DNA of 64,000 nt from assembly GCF_001949145.1 (NCBI RefSeq), contig NW_019091358.1, positions 2,908,535 through 2,972,534 on the forward strand, given 5' to 3'. The stretch is from Acanthaster planci. Its lineage: Eukaryota. Position numbers and translations under genes: made by a program. A model generated the notes under the pieces. That model saw only the letters and a list, made by a program, of their open reading frames with translations. It searched no databases and was not told where the DNA came from. Positions 31,901 to 44,079 of the stretch are shown piece by piece; the stretch's first letter is position 1, and the number at the start of each line of letters is the position of its first letter.

Positions 31901-34557
31901 CACAACCTCCTGCTTAGTCGTGCAGACATATTAACCAAACTTCAAAATGGGTTCCACCTAAGTTGGCATGACAACACAGCCCTAAGGTGTCTAAAAGAGT
32001 GAACACATTTTAATTATTACAAGAAGTAAACTTTCTTTTTTAATTAAAGAAAAAAAGGCCTCATAATGTCAATTTCATTCATAATGTTTCCGCCACAATC
32101 TTTGTATCATTGTGAGGCCTTCTTTTTTGCAGGGTTGTGATTGCTCCCCAATTTGGGGATTTTTTGAGGTTTTGCACTTTTTACCTTAAGGAAAATGCCA
32201 CATGTAACTTTTTTCAGCAAGATACACATATTCATTGTAATTGTGAGAGAATTCAGGCTTGGTAATTGTTTAAAAGCCTTGATTAAAAGTCTTGATAAGC
32301 ACAGCACTTGCAACCCACTCAGTAGAAATGACATTTCTTGATTGCTGTTGCTACTTCCGAGTTACCGGTCTTTAATAGAATCTTGCACTCTACAAGTCCT
32401 TAGGAATGTCAACATGTATTCATCTGCACAATGCCCATTTTCTTCATGATGCCAAAATGAATGACATCTCTACACAAAAAAGCTTGGCTTACTTTTTCTA
32501 ATGCAAACTGAAACAAAATTAACCAAAAAGGTCTGTCTTATTCTCACGCAGCAGGTCAGCTACAGTATTATTGTCGATGTTACAACTTTCCCCAGTAGTT
32601 GTTTTGCTGATTTTTCTGCATCCCCCAATCTCCCTCTTGTTGGTGGCAGGGTAACCTTCTCAAGAAGCAGTCCAGTGAAGGGCTGTCTTTATCCATGGCC
32701 TCTGCCATCTTTGTCACTTCAGTGCTCTGGGTGCTGTACGGCATTGCAGTCAATGACATAGCACTGTCGGTGAGTTGGATGATTCAATCAAAATGCTTTT
32801 GTGGAAGTCATTCCACAAATTGGGAATCCATGTGACTTTTTTTTCCCCTGTTACATGTGACCTGTGTAATGTGTCAAGAGAAATACCTTTGAAATTGACT
32901 TGACACTAGTTTTATTTGTTTGGAAGATTACTGAATCACTCTTTGAAATTAAGGAATTCGTTCTAATTTACAAAATCATACGCCAGATTAAGAGGAACAG
33001 GAAAAAAATTGCACGCCAAATTTATGAATCATCCACAAATCTGGGCAGATCTAAGGCTGTAGGATTAGCAAAGGGATTACTGATTTTTATCTGAAGTGCC
33101 TGGGCATTTTTTTAACAGCATTCTTGAGTGGGAAATTCCATCGTCTGTCAAAAACTTAACTCTTTGCTGTGACCCAACCCAACAAATTGAGCCGCAAGTT
33201 TCCCAAGCCACTTTGGTTTACAGGCCTCAAGAAACTAGTCTTCAGTTGAAATCAAGAGGAGAACTATTGACATATTCACTCACATCATGCCCATGATCAT
33301 CACAGGACCAAACTTAGTGGTACATCTACACGTAACAAAAGCTCAGTTTGGTTCACCTAAAGGAAAAGTTCAAACATAATAAAAATACCTTAGGACTCAT
33401 TTCGTAGGGTCTGGCCACATTTTCTTCCTACATAAAATTGAAACCCTCGTGAAGAAATGGTACAAATGCTGAATCCAAATTGTAGCCTTTTATGGATTCC
33501 CTCATGTTTTTTTAGGGTGAATGTTAAAGGATGACCCTTAAAAAAGTATCAATTGGTTAAATATTCACTCACAGTGTTTGTGTTGACTTTTTGTGTTTGC
33601 ATTATGAGCTTTATCATCTGTTGGAAAAAAAATGATGGTAGTAGGGCTGAGCTATGTGTAGATCAAGTAATTGAATATTTGACTCTTTGACCTGAAATTG
33701 GCAATGAATATTTAAATTTGAAAATGAATATTTGAATATTCCATAATTGATTAAATACTTTGTACTTTGTACTTGAAAATTTGTACATTCTGCACAGGCC
33801 TAGTTGGTAAATACATATAGAGTTTTAAAGAACCGAGTTGTAGTCAGTTTTGGCTTATGCTTGTAAAAGACTGCCAATAAACCACTTTTACCCCATTAGA
33901 AACTCCACAGTAAAAATGTACATCACTAAAAAATAACGAAAGAACCTAACCACCAAACTGCACAAAGTTTCTCATCTGTTTGTTGTAAACTTAAACTGAG
34001 AAACAGGAAGGACAGTTGTTCCTCTGATTTGACCACCTGGCTGAACTGTCGCTGATGGGCCATATGCCTGACTTCTCAGTGTTTCCTGCTCGTATGTAAA
34101 AACAATTTGTAAGCGATATCCACAGGCATTAGTAAGTTTGAAATGAGACCAGCCTTGTCATTAAATGACAGTATTCAAACAGGTTCATCTGTTCAAGCTA
34201 CCCTTACTAAACTTTTCAGCATTTGTTGTTAGAGGTCAATGGACATCCGAGTATGCAGCCTCATTTTGCTGAATCTTACAAAGCAAAATGTACAAATCAC
34301 TCAAAATTGCCATGGTCAGAATTTTCTTCGAGTTAAATTTACTTAAATGAAGAAAATAAAAGCAAAGTTTCCAGGTCAAATGCTTCTCTGGACTTGATGT
34401 AACAAACCAAATTAACGTAAAGAGAAAGGTTACATCTGATGAAATTTGTCTTTCCTTCCCTCAGGTGCCAAGTATATCTGGTGTCGTGTCTGGCTCAATT
34501 CAGTACTACCTTCTGTGGTGTTACCCGTCTTCTGGCAAGGCCATCAAGTCCGAGTGA
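25945..34557 (+). CDS. SLC50A1: SWEET-family (SLC50A1/SWEET1-like) 7-TM transporter, 214 aa; exons join(25945-26012, 27385-27462, 28055-28178, 31449-31610, 32650-32769, 34465-34557)
   Basis: The spliced product shows two MtN3/saliva repeats: IPIFVDIIRKGTTHSVPFLPFL...LGYAMLRADSVLLIVSGVG and LGLL...MNIAPIADMGNLLKKQSSEGLSLSMA...LWVLYGIAVNDIALSVPSISG...LLWCYP. Exon sizes are 68/78/124/162/120/93, all GT-AG and in frame. It may be a paralogue rather than the 1:1 orthologue. Confidence 0.9.
26410..26530. mobile_element. Small palindromic MITE (~120 bp)
   Basis: GTAGGGTGAGTGTGGGAATTTTGACCA ... TGGTCGAATACCCCACTTTTTACCCTAC inverted arms. Confidence 0.6.
28249..28339. other. Assembly gap (N run)
   Basis: Run of N in SWEET intron 3. 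Confidence 1.
29815..31167. mobile_element. Non-autonomous hAT-like DNA transposon (1.35 kb) with GACTY subterminal repeats
   Basis: TIR CAGTGTTGT...ACAACACTG, with dense GACTC/GACTT/GAGTC arrays at both ends. Flanks CTAGGAGT / CTAGGTAA look like a decayed 8-bp TSD. Internal 52-bp direct repeat at 30292-30343 and 30732-30783. Confidence 0.75.
31838..31937 (-). mobile_element. tRNA-derived SINE-like fragment; related copy at about 40187-40330
   Basis: The minus strand reads TGGTTAA...GGTTCAAGTCCC (A/B-box-like) without a complete cloverleaf. The block TACTCAGTG...AAAAAA..CACAAGC.TACT...GGACTT.AACCCAC is shared with 40187-40258. Confidence 0.6.
33642..33802. mobile_element. Degenerate hAT-like MITE with TACTT/TATTT internal repeats
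   Basis: Termini TAGGGCTGAGC ... GCACAGGCCTA, with repeated GAATATTT and TACTTTG inside. Confidence 0.45.
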
Positions 34558-36422
34558 AAAAGTGAGATTTCCTTTCTGAGCTTCATGTCATCCAAAGCCA
34601 AGTCAATTTGCCATATGATGGGAAAAAAAGACATTTACAAATTGCTTGCACAGCTAGGGCTGTTTCATGCATGCTCTTGTTATCATGATCATGAAGTGAT
34701 CCTCAGAATCCAGATGGCATAGAGTATAATCAAGGTCTCTTATTTTGTGACTGCATTAATAGGTTTCAAAATGTTGTGTCAGATTGGTTATCCCCAACTC
34801 CCGAAACGTTCTTTTTCTCCAGTGAACCTTCCCAATGAAAGTAAACTCAATATTGCTAGAAAAAACACAGTGGCTCCCTCTTTGAAGTGTCACGGGGAAT
34901 AACGTCCATTGTAGAGTAAGAGGCTGTCTGAATTATTTGGCTATGGCTTGAAACTATGCATGACTGTCACAGGCTTGAGTGTTATTCCAAGCGGCAATCA
35001 AGAAATTTGGTTTTGGCCGGATAGTATGTGCACTGTACCCTCATTAATCCATCAGAAGCCTTCTAAAAATCATGGTTTGATTTTGAAGGATCATGTCAGA
35101 AGTTAGTGCTAAATTGTGGGCTAATTACTAGATGAGATCATGGGTAATAGTAATGATCTACATTTCTTTCATTCTCTTTCAGGAAACACTCTCCCATTTT
35201 GTCTCCAGTTGCTAGCCACTCATTCCCGCCATTTTTTAGTAATCTTAATGAGTGGCAGACAAGAGAATCATGCAGTTTACTCTGTGATTTGGGTGTAAGA
35301 CATAAATTGCTTAGTCAGGGAGTCAGTTTTGTTGAGTGATGTTTTACCTCAGGCTGTGCTCTGTCCCACCAAAATACCTCTGCTTCACCAAAGCACCATG
35401 TATAAAATGAATTTTAGCAGTTAACAATATTATAGAATTTGCCTTAAAAAGATTGGTATTTTATTGGTCACTGTATTCTGTGCATGATTATGGTACACAC
35501 AACATTTCAATTTGCAAGGCTGTTAATGTATTATCCTTGTTCAATGGGCCCATAAACTTTTCTAAAACAATCTCAGCTCCTGGCGAGTATGTGGCTCAAA
35601 TGCAGCCTCTTTAGATACAAAACAAGCAAGCCCCAACAACCATCTCTGCCCACATAGGTACAAGTACATTTTGTGCCGTAGATGGAGAGGCAAGTAGGGT
35701 CAACATGACTTCCCAAAGGAGGCAGCATGTAACCAGCAGCTGAATTGGAACCTTAGACCCTATGATCGCTAGTTGCATTAGGCCACACTCCCCTTGATGG
35801 GATCTGCCTACTAAAATGTAAGAGCCTAGAGTTGAGTGGCTTGAGCAAATATTCAGTCATTACAGCAAATCTAACACCTACTAATTCCTAAATACACTGT
35901 ACATGTACATGCACAGTTTTTGCATTCAATTTGACCACACTGCCAGTCCTTCAGAAAAACAGTGATTAAGCAGTTGACTCTGTCTTCTCAGAGAGAATTT
36001 CGGTTCAGATACAGAAGTTTGTGTTAAGGTGTCTTTAATTTCTATTACTCAATCATGGATTAAATAGATCAGATGAAAATAACTTTCTAATACAGACATT
36101 TCTAGATTACCAAAAAAGGAGAGTATAAAATGCATCATGGAATGCATGATGTTTGATTTCTTGCTGTGGTCTATCGAGATGTTGGGTCACGGAGGGGGAT
36201 GGAATTTTTTTTGAAAGTCTGCCAGTTTTTTCCATTCATGAAAGAATCCTCACACTCCTCAACAAAGGTGGTTGTACAATATCTAAAAGGCTGACACTTT
36301 TAATCCCTGAAAAAAAAGGAAGCACGTCCCCCCCCCATATGCCCCCGGTACGTGGCCTAGTTCACATACCGACCAATGAGCATGCATTTAAAAATCCAGA
36401 TTTTTCCTTATAAATACCTGAT

Positions 36423-36753
36423 NNNNNNNNNNNNNNNNNNNNNNNNNNNNNNNNNNNNNNNNNNNNNNNNNNNNNNNNNNNNNNNNNNNNNNNNNNNNNN
36501 NNNNNNNNNNNNNNNNNNNNNNNNNNNNNNNNNNNNNNNNNNNNNNNNNNNNNNNNNNNNNNNNNNNNNNNNNNNNNNNNNNNNNNNNNNNNNNNNNNNN
36601 NNNNNNNNNNNNNNNNNNNNNNNNNNNNNNNNNNNNNNNNNNNNNNNNNNNNNNNNNNNNNNNNNNNNNNNNNNNNNNNNNNNNNNNNNNNNNNNNNNNN
36701 NNNNNNNNNNNNNNNNNNNNNNNNNNNNNNNNNNNNNNNNNNNNNNNNNNNNN
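36423..36753. other. Assembly gap (N run)
   Basis: Run of N. Confidence 1.
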
Positions 36754-38445
36754 GGAGAACGTTGGTACTCGGAAAGTACTCGACTACAACACTGCCTGCC
36801 ACATTCATTTTTAGAGCAGTATTTCTCAAAGGATGTGATTGGAAGAGCTTTTTCTCAATCTGCAGAAATGGCTTCTTGACACTGCAGTGACCTCAAACCT
36901 CAAGTGCCATCAACAATCAATTTTGCAGACTTTCTTATACACAGCTCCCACCGTGCCTTGTGCAATCGCCTTGCTGGTTGAACTCTGCAGTACAAATTAT
37001 CACCGTGTGATCTCTCAGTATCTCTCGGTGTCTGTTTCATGTAACTCAATTCATTACCAGAAGAAGCGAAGAGCTCCTCTGACAAGTACATGAAGATCAT
37101 TGCTAATCAAAATCTGAGAAAATGCCAAGCTTCCTTGACAATTTGGCCACATATCTACATGTAAAGTATTCTGAGAATCTAAGTCTGTGATTATTTTGAT
37201 GTAAAAAATGCACAGATTTAAACTGATTGAAAAATAATATCGTTTAGTGACTGTATATTTGGTTCATTTTCAAGTTGTAAAAAGTGACACCTTGAACTTG
37301 TTCTTACTGTTTGTTTTATTTCATCAGGGTAGCCTTGACACTGCTTTACTATTCAGTCTTCAAGGCCTTAACAATGCACAAATAAGTAACTTAATGAATG
37401 TTAAAAGATGAATAACTATGTGAAATAGATAAAATTATCAAGTATGAATAAAGTAATATCAATTCAGTAGCGTTAAAATTGTTTATTTAAAACCACCAAC
37501 AAATGTACTACAAAATATTAATAAATCAATTATATGAACGAGCATCATGAGACTATTGGGTATATGAAGCGCCACAATTGAAATGAAATTAAAATTAATA
37601 AAACCAGTGAACAATATACAGCTAACTATAGAAACCTTGTAATTTGACAGAATTCAACATGCAAACAAGTAGTTACTAGAAATGAATAAAATGAAAGCTC
37701 AGTAACACAGGAATATTGAGAGGTCTTAAATACTAGGACTATGAAGTGAAGATTTAAATAATGACATTTAATTAAAACGATGAAAAGAAAAGTATCTGTT
37801 TATACATGTACATGAAAGTGTTTTCAAATGAATGTTGTAAAGTCAGCAATTTTGTAGTTTACTTTTTCAAAAGGGATTCAAATGGGCTTTTTATTCATAA
37901 ATTTTTCTCATATTTTGATATGGATTTTTATACATGTATTAATTTATTGGAACTATTGGGTCTTTTTAATGATTGTGTCTTTCTTGCTTTTCATTTAATT
38001 TGGCAGTGTTGCCATGGGTAATTTTGTTATGCATTTTAAAAATTATTTTGACTATTGATTGTTTGATAGTTTAATTTGTCAGTATACATATTGCATGCTC
38101 TACTCATTCTTGAGGAAAGTCATGCAATACAGATTTTAAAGTTGCTTTGCTTCACTTAATGTATTTAAGTGATAAGTGATTTCTCATCAGTCCAGTAAAT
38201 TGGGTAATTGTTTCTTGAATTTCAGACTGTTCACTCTTTTATCGATCCGAACCGTGACAGTGTTTTCCAAGTGTTGAAAAGGGTGGGTTAGGGGTGTGGT
38301 TAGGGTGGGGGGTGGACAAATCAAGTGGAGGCAAAGCCCCTAATTCCGGCTACAAGAACGTGACTGTCTCTGTAACTTTACTGTCGTGATTGGTACAAAG
38401 GTAGTCCAGTAGCCCGGAATGTAGGCTGGTTGGTGGGTGGGTCAT

Positions 38446-38525
38446 ATGGTTGGAAGCAGTTTTGTTCCTCATTGTTTTTTTAGGCAGATTTAAAACCAAT
38501 GAGGAACACAACTGCTTCCAACCAT
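38446..38525. repeat. 80-nt hairpin (28/29-bp stem), probably the core of a ~150-bp MITE (about 38420-38570)
   Basis: ATGGTTGGAAGCAGTTTTGTTCCTCATTG / CAATGAGGAACACAACTGCTTCCAACCAT. Weaker outer arms TGTAGGCTG / CAAGCCTCCA. Confidence 0.8.
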
Positions 38526-40552
38526 CATATTTGCCTGAAAGGACCCCCACATTTATTTCAGCAAGCCTCCAAGGTAAATGATTCTAGAAATTTTATTTTT
38601 TTGTCCATTAACATCAAAATGACTATGAAGACAATGAAAACGAAACACTAATATATTTCATTATTTAGCATATCAATGACGCGCAAGCTGGTCTAAACTT
38701 GAAGCAGGGTCACATTGTCATAATCGCATATTAATGTCCATCCATATGATGGCTAGGATATTGAGTGAACTCTGTTTTTATGTTTCTGCACCAAGGTATA
38801 AAAAGTAAATAATGGTGAAATTCCTTGTTTAATTTCATGTTACAAAATACAGAAGAAATAATTAAAATGCAGTTTTTCGAAAGGAAATTAGTATTGTAGC
38901 CTTCAAATATATTTTCATGTTCAAGGTTGTCACCCATAAAATGCAGGCCGGGACGACCAGATTAATATTTTGAAAAAGCTGTTGAAGTATTTCAATGCTT
39001 TGTTTCACTTATGTATAGAAATATAAATGTATGTATGGAAACTTCAAATTCATAAGTCGTACAGTCGTACAAATTCGAAGTCGCACGCATAAGTTCAATT
39101 GCGAAAGTTGATAATAAAACATACGACATAACTGTGTTACAAGTCGCACGTATAATATTTAACTCGTACGCACGATTTTGTCTGGTCTGGAATAATTTGT
39201 AAGACTCCCGCATAAAACAAAACACATTACCACACACCGTCATGGATGCGGACTGTGTCTAAAACCTGCCACAAAAACGTAGTGTATATAAAAAATAGTT
39301 CACTTGGAAGCCATTGCCTATTCTCTGTGCATTTTTTAACAAATAGTTTTGCCAAATAGCTGAACGTCCAACTGATATGCTATTAAAATTGCTAAGAATG
39401 CAGAGGATTGCAGTGGATATCTCTTGCACGTTTTGTGAACGTTTTTCTATAGTCAATTACAGAGTGAAATATAATCATACGTGCAAAACAATACTTTTAA
39501 ATTTGTATTGCGAGATCTCATTACAATAATCAACTATATGCATTACAAAACAATAAAACAGGACGAGTACAAAATACGAATCTAACCGATCTAAAGACGT
39601 TCAATGAATGAGCACAATTAATCAAATACACCAGCACCTATAAGCAGTTAATGAAAGGGAAATTTTAATTTAGTCCACGAATAAGAATGTTGAATGACAC
39701 GAGGCAACGTATTCCACAATTCTCACACTGATGACGAAAATGATGTGTCCATGATGAAACTCCAAATAGGCCTATACCTTTCAGTGCAAACAGAATCGGA
39801 TGATTTGGAGAAAACTACATGTATCATCAAGGAATTTCAATACTACTATGACAAAATAGCAAAATGTAAGCATAAAATTCTTCGTAGGTTGCTCCATCTG
39901 TTACATTGTTAGTAAAGAATTCTTAGTAATCTCGATTTCAGCCTTATTTAATTAATTCGGCGGCTATAATGTAATTTCTTATATTACCAAATGAAAACTG
40001 GAATTGTTCTTCATCTATTCAAAAATGTATCATTAGATTACAATGTTATTTTTGTTTACATTTACATTAAAAAACATAACTAGTTTTTCGTTATTGAATA
40101 AAGAATGAGAAACGATATGTTTCTCTTGAATGTTGGATTTTTTTGCCCTGCCCAGCGTTTATTGTAACACTGTAGGCCTATACCGGTACTCAGTGTTTAC
40201 CCAAAAGCTCGTGAAAAAAAATCCCACAAGCGTACTCAGGTAGGACTTCAACCCACGAATTCCAGCCAGCCGATCGCGACACCGGCAAGCTCAGTGGTCG
40301 AGTGTTTAAGACATCTGCACTAGTGAGCAAGAAAAAATCCTTCCTTAGAAATAGACATGTTTCTCGCTTATCAACTCTCATTTGGAAGTGTGAAAAACCA
40401 AACGAGAAAAGACATTCTCGCACGAAACGTACACAGACCGTGAGGTCTTACACACGACCATTTGCGTATTTGCAAAGTTGAAATTTCGTGCATTGTACTA
40501 TGCTGTCCGAGGAACGGTGAGCACGTGGTCCTGAATGAAAGACTTCCTCACG

Positions 40553-41032
40553 GAGTTGTAATGACTCGAGTCAATGACTCGGCTTAAGTCCGACTCGAGT
40601 CACAATTTGGCGACTTGACCGAGTCCAACGGATAAATGACTTGACTCGAGTCCTTCATCAGAAGACCTGACTTTAGTGAAAATTAATCAAACTCGACTTC
40701 CAAAAATAAAATCAAACGTCTTTGAGAAAAACAAATATTGCAATGACTTTAAGGGCCAGTTTATAATGTCCACGTCCTGTTATAACCATCAAGGGTAAGA
40801 CGTCAAGAGCAAGATGTGGTGTGACCACAAGTAGTAACCGAGAAGTAAATTTAAAAATGCCCAGCGAAGAATTACTTTCTCTTTTGTTTTTATTTATAGT
40901 ATTGTGTTCCAATATTTGTGACTAGAATTGGTTCGAACTAAATACTTGACTCGACTTTCTTGCGTAACTCGAGTCACTACCTCACAATGATTGGATTCGA
41001 CTCGAGTCACAAAAATTGGTGACTCGTTGCAA
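40553..41032. mobile_element. Shorter relative of the GACTY-repeat hAT-like element
   Basis: GAGTCAATGACTCG...GACTCGAGTCACA.TTTGGC.ACT matches the left end of 29815-31167. The right end TTTGTGACT...GACTCGTTGCAA matches its right end. Further GACTY-rich relics occur at about 53963-54110, 61920-62045 and 63696-64000. Confidence 0.7.
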
Positions 41033-41463
41033 TGAAACTCTGCTTTCTGGGCGATCGCGAGGATTCAGCTTGCTCTGTGAAGCTAACCTGCAAACTAACG
41101 GTTGGAAATGAAGCTTTTGCAGAACACCTGTACCGCATTCCCGTATAATTCTCCACAGCTCTTCTCAGGGGAGAGGCGAGGTTGTGCAAATACTTTGGCA
41201 AATGTTTCCCTGTGGCTTTACCATCCCGTCAGAACTAGAGGACTGCGTGGCTAAGTTTCCACTTCCAGAGGTGGATTGATCCAACCATAGGGCTCTGTCT
41301 TTGGTTCCCTTGTCTCCCTTAATGCGTTTACTGGGACGTAGATCACAGAGTGGGAAGTTGGGCAAGGGGTGGACCACTCTGTCGTCAGGCCCACTCAGCC
41401 AGGTAAGATGCAAAAATGCCGCCGACTTTAGGTATTCTTAAACGTTCCCGTAGCCAAAAAGTA

Positions 41464-42212
41464 NNNNNNNNNNNNNNNNNNNNNNNNNNNNNNNNNNNNN
41501 NNNNNNNNNNNNNNNNNNNNNNNNNNNNNNNNNNNNNNNNNNNNNNNNNNNNNNNNNNNNNNNNNNNNNNNNNNNNNNNNNNNNNNNNNNNNNNNNNNNN
41601 NNNNNNNNNNNNNNNNNNNNNNNNNNNNNNNNNNNNNNNNNNNNNNNNNNNNNNNNNNNNNNNNNNNNNNNNNNNNNNNNNNNNNNNNNNNNNNNNNNNN
41701 NNNNNNNNNNNNNNNNNNNNNNNNNNNNNNNNNNNNNNNNNNNNNNNNNNNNNNNNNNNNNNNNNNNNNNNNNNNNNNNNNNNNNNNNNNNNNNNNNNNN
41801 NNNNNNNNNNNNNNNNNNNNNNNNNNNNNNNNNNNNNNNNNNNNNNNNNNNNNNNNNNNNNNNNNNNNNNNNNNNNNNNNNNNNNNNNNNNNNNNNNNNN
41901 NNNNNNNNNNNNNNNNNNNNNNNNNNNNNNNNNNNNNNNNNNNNNNNNNNNNNNNNNNNNNNNNNNNNNNNNNNNNNNNNNNNNNNNNNNNNNNNNNNNN
42001 NNNNNNNNNNNNNNNNNNNNNNNNNNNNNNNNNNNNNNNNNNNNNNNNNNNNNNNNNNNNNNNNNNNNNNNNNNNNNNNNNNNNNNNNNNNNNNNNNNNN
42101 NNNNNNNNNNNNNNNNNNNNNNNNNNNNNNNNNNNNNNNNNNNNNNNNNNNNNNNNNNNNNNNNNNNNNNNNNNNNNNNNNNNNNNNNNNNNNNNNNNNN
42201 NNNNNNNNNNNN
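41464..42212. other. Assembly gap (N run)
   Basis: Run of N. Confidence 1.
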
Positions 42213-43093
42213 AGCGCCCTCTGTCGTGTCACAGTATTTTCAAAATTTGCATATCGTCCCTTGTAATGTGATACCATTTCCACGTCCGGCCGGGCGCATA
42301 AACGTCTTGCACAGCCACCCCCCCCCCACTCAAAGTACCAGCTCCTCGGTCCAAGGGAGATGGAAAGTTTGTCTGAAAAACGACGGCGCTTGAAAAGAAA
42401 ATCTGTTTAAAATTACTATTTCCCTTTCCACCGAGAAAAGTGGCAATACTGTTTCTAAGATGCTGGCGCTTTCAATTCCTAAAATGAATAATAATAGACA
42501 TTGGCAACATTTCTGGGGGAAACTCATCCCCCGCTGCCCTTGCAGTTCCCACGCTACAGAAGAGATCCACCCGTTTAAAGATCCACCTGACAATGCTTCC
42601 CTCTTGTTCTGTCGGGGCGATTAAAGCTGGGAAAACAATCTGGCAAAGAATTTGCATAACCATGTCTCCAGTTCCCGCCTAAACTCTGGAGAATGGCAGA
42701 CGTGATCTGCAGGTTGTTATGCAAAATCTCCATTCAGGCCGTTACTTTGTATTCTCACTCTGCCTGGCTATTCCCAACTTCCCCAACCTTGTCTTTTCAT
42801 TGGTACCTCGTGGTCGTCGAGCGGCACAATGCGCGAAATTTGAAGTGTCTGCATTGACACGCCACGAACAGGTGATCGAGCACAGTCAGACCAAACCTGC
42901 TTTGTGCAATATGTGCATAGCCTGGCTCAGCGTCATAATGATCTTCAACCTACGTGCTGCAGGTCGTGGTGTTCGAGGTTCGTGGATATGTGAGTTGATG
43001 GAGACTAAACGTGGGTGAGCTGTTTAAAAATAAACAGCTAAAACATATCCTTTCCCTCAACATGTTACAGCGAACAGCGGCTGGCATGTCACT

Positions 43094-43460
43094 CTGAGAA
43101 TGTGTTGCAGCTTTTAGGGACCCGGCAGTGTGAAGTCAGACACTTGCCGCCGTTATATCGATGACTGATAAAGCATTTTAGGATGTACCAAGTCAAGTGC
43201 ACAAAAAATCGCTGGTCACCTGTTTGTCCTGGAGTTGGAACAAAAGTGTGCCTCCGTCTTATTTCCGCCAATTTCAGTAGGCCTATGTGGGAAGTAGCCT
43301 GCTTATGAAATTAGTATGGTATATCAAGCGAGAATAATATATTAAGAAGGTAGCGGGTGCAATAGGTACATCCTAAAATGGTTCATCAGTCATCGATATA
43401 ATGGCGGCAAGTGTCTGACTTCACACTGCCGGGTCCCTAAAAGCTGCAACACATTCTCAG
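43094..43460. mobile_element. Foldback element with 96-bp inverted arms (93/96 identical) and a 175-bp spacer
   Basis: 43094-43189 is the reverse complement of 43365-43460 with three mismatches. Confidence 0.85.
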
Positions 43461-44079
43461 CGGGTGCATCATCATTTTTAGATCACCTGATTGAACATGA
43501 ATTATCTTAATGTAACCAATTCTTTGTTGCATCCAACACCCCTATACTTGAGCAGTGGTTGAAAAAGTTCTGACTGTTTCCAATGCTTTTATCTGCTTTC
43601 AACAGCAATGCCACTAAAATTTGAGGTCATCCCACCTCCAACCCCCGATCGTTTTTTACAGAATTTACATGACCAATGGCAAATAACCTGCCCATTTTTA
43701 TGCCAAGATAAATAGGGCCCCCTTTCACCTTATCCTCCGCCACCAGTTATAAGGCGACCTAGCCACACCATGGCTTGATTCCCTGTACTTGGGTGCGGAT
43801 AATGAAGTTATTAAATCGATGCTCGTGATGATGGAAACATGAAGCACTGAAAAGAAATCTTCAGAACTTCAGATAATTTTGGTGATCAAATTGAAATTCA
43901 AGGCAGTTTACTAACTTTACTAAGAAGGCGGAATAGTGTTGCGATTAGAAAATCGCCGCAGAGAGAGTTCCATATACGGACAACACTTGATGCCCCTGTG
44001 CACAAGCATGAGACTTGAATGGAAAAAAAGCTATGTGATTTCTAAGTAAGTGCTTTGGAAATTTCTCTTTTTGTTCTTC

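Noticed and set aside
31838..31937. tRNA gene
   Set aside because: Only A/B-box-like pieces are present with no acceptor stem or cloverleaf, and the flank is shared with another dispersed copy, so it is SINE-like.
41416..42393. Long ORFs of 325 and 281 aa, and similar ORFs at 28.2, 36.4 and 60.7 kb
   Set aside because: Artefacts of translating through N gaps.
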